Source of the DNA: Amphiscolops sp. MND2022
Taxonomy: Eukaryota
Direction: 5' to 3'
DNA: 64,000 nucleotides
NCBI GenBank assembly: GCA_964187785.1
Contig: OZ076415.1
Coordinates: 54,126,001-54,190,000 of the forward strand
How positions within the stretch are numbered: the first letter of the stretch is position 1; every line of letters starts with the position of its first letter. The notes beneath the pieces were generated by a model. It made no database searches and was not told the DNA's origin. It worked only from the letters and a program-made list of their open reading frames with translations. Shown here in pieces: positions 62,929 through 64,000 of this stretch. The position numbers and the translations under genes were made by a program.

Positions 62929-63846
62929 GATGAGAATTTTGTTCTCAAAAGAATCGTCAGGCTGAAAACGCCTTCAACTTACAAGCCTGATGAACTCTTT
63001 CCGTCAGTGCAACATGTCTCCAATCTGTTGTGCAGTTCAATTGGAAGAGCTGTCAATTTCGAAGATTTGACTTCCCTTGTCACTAAACGGTTGCAAACGC
63101 TAAGGACCGAACGCTTGTACACACAGGTTGAAGCCTTTGCCGATGAGTTTCGTGTGAAAGCAAGTGCAGAAACGGACTATGCCAATTTCTTTGACAATGC
63201 ATTCCGACAAGGGTGGAACACGTGCAAAGTTGGGTCATGGCAAGACGGGAAAATCAAATCCAAGCTTCATAAAGTTTTATTTGACTACCGGGAAAGGAAA
63301 AGCGCCCTGAAACTTCGAGGTGCACCCTTCAATCCGAACGTGGAGTACAAGAGCAGTGTCTCAAACAATGAGGGTTGGCAATTCGACTTTTTACACCGTG
63401 AGGAGACACAGACCTGGGACGGGATCACCTGTGTCACATAACCTGACATGGGTCGTGGCGTAATGACACTGAAGCCATTTAAAAAGGGCGATGTCATTTG
63501 CGACTACCACGGTTGTCTCGTTGACGAAAAGGATGCAGCATCGTACGCTGCAAGAACAGGCCGTGATATGTCCTACTTCATAGAAGTTACAACAGACATT
63601 AGGCGTCTTGTCGATGCATCCAATGAGGACTGTCCTCACCATCTCCGAAATTTGTGCCTTGGAAGACTATGCAATCACTCAAGGCCCAGGAACAAGCAAT
63701 GCACAGCCCGCTTGGGGGAAGTGGTTTGCATAAAACTCCCTCAAAAGCCTAGAAAAGTGGCACTGGTTGCACTCAGAGACCTTCCCCCTTTCACCCAGGT
63801 TCTGTTCGACTATGGTGATCCTGCAGCATGGAAAATGTTCATCTGA
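62929..63846 (+). CDS. SET-domain lysine methyltransferase, SETD8/PR-Set7-like; in-frame TAA at 63439-63441
   Basis: GRGV..KPFKKGDVICDYHG, VDAS, LGRLCNHS, LVALRDL and QVLFDYGD match SETD8 GRGV..KQFSRGDFVVEYHG, LGRLINHS and ELLYDYGD. Confidence 0.82.
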
Positions 63847-64000
63847 AAGAACGGAAAAACACAACTGACGGATGAAAAACAATGAACTTTTGTTAAATAT
63901 TGCTTATTGTTGAAATCTGTTGTCTTTGCTCACTTGTTGAAAAATCTTTTGTCTTTGTTCTTTGTACTTTTCAGTTGTCTAGGATTGTTCAATTGAATAG

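Overview
AT-rich eukaryotic (animal, probably invertebrate) genomic DNA dominated by decayed Ty3/Gypsy LTR retrotransposons, MITE-like DNA elements, a Tc1 remnant, a LINE fragment and satellites. No prokaryotic features or CRISPR array were found. Host-type genes are: (i) a spliced DEG/ENaC channel gene whose exons are out of order (2, 1', 3, 4, 5, 6), best explained by a partial tandem duplication followed by reciprocal loss; (ii) a TBC1D2/2B-like Rab-GAP whose coding exon is split by a complete 5.9-kb Gypsy insertion (191-bp LTRs, TSD GAGTG); (iii) a SETD8/PR-Set7-like SET domain with Phe at the Tyr/Phe switch, head-to-head with an unknown spliced gene and next to a 244-bp satellite. A large degenerate Gypsy (about 47.7-58.4 kb) carries an env-like ORF whose Cys motifs resemble chuvirus-G/herpes gB-type class III fusion proteins. 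All family calls come from motif recognition by eye, not database searches. Many frameshifts lie in homopolymers, so some may be sequencing errors.
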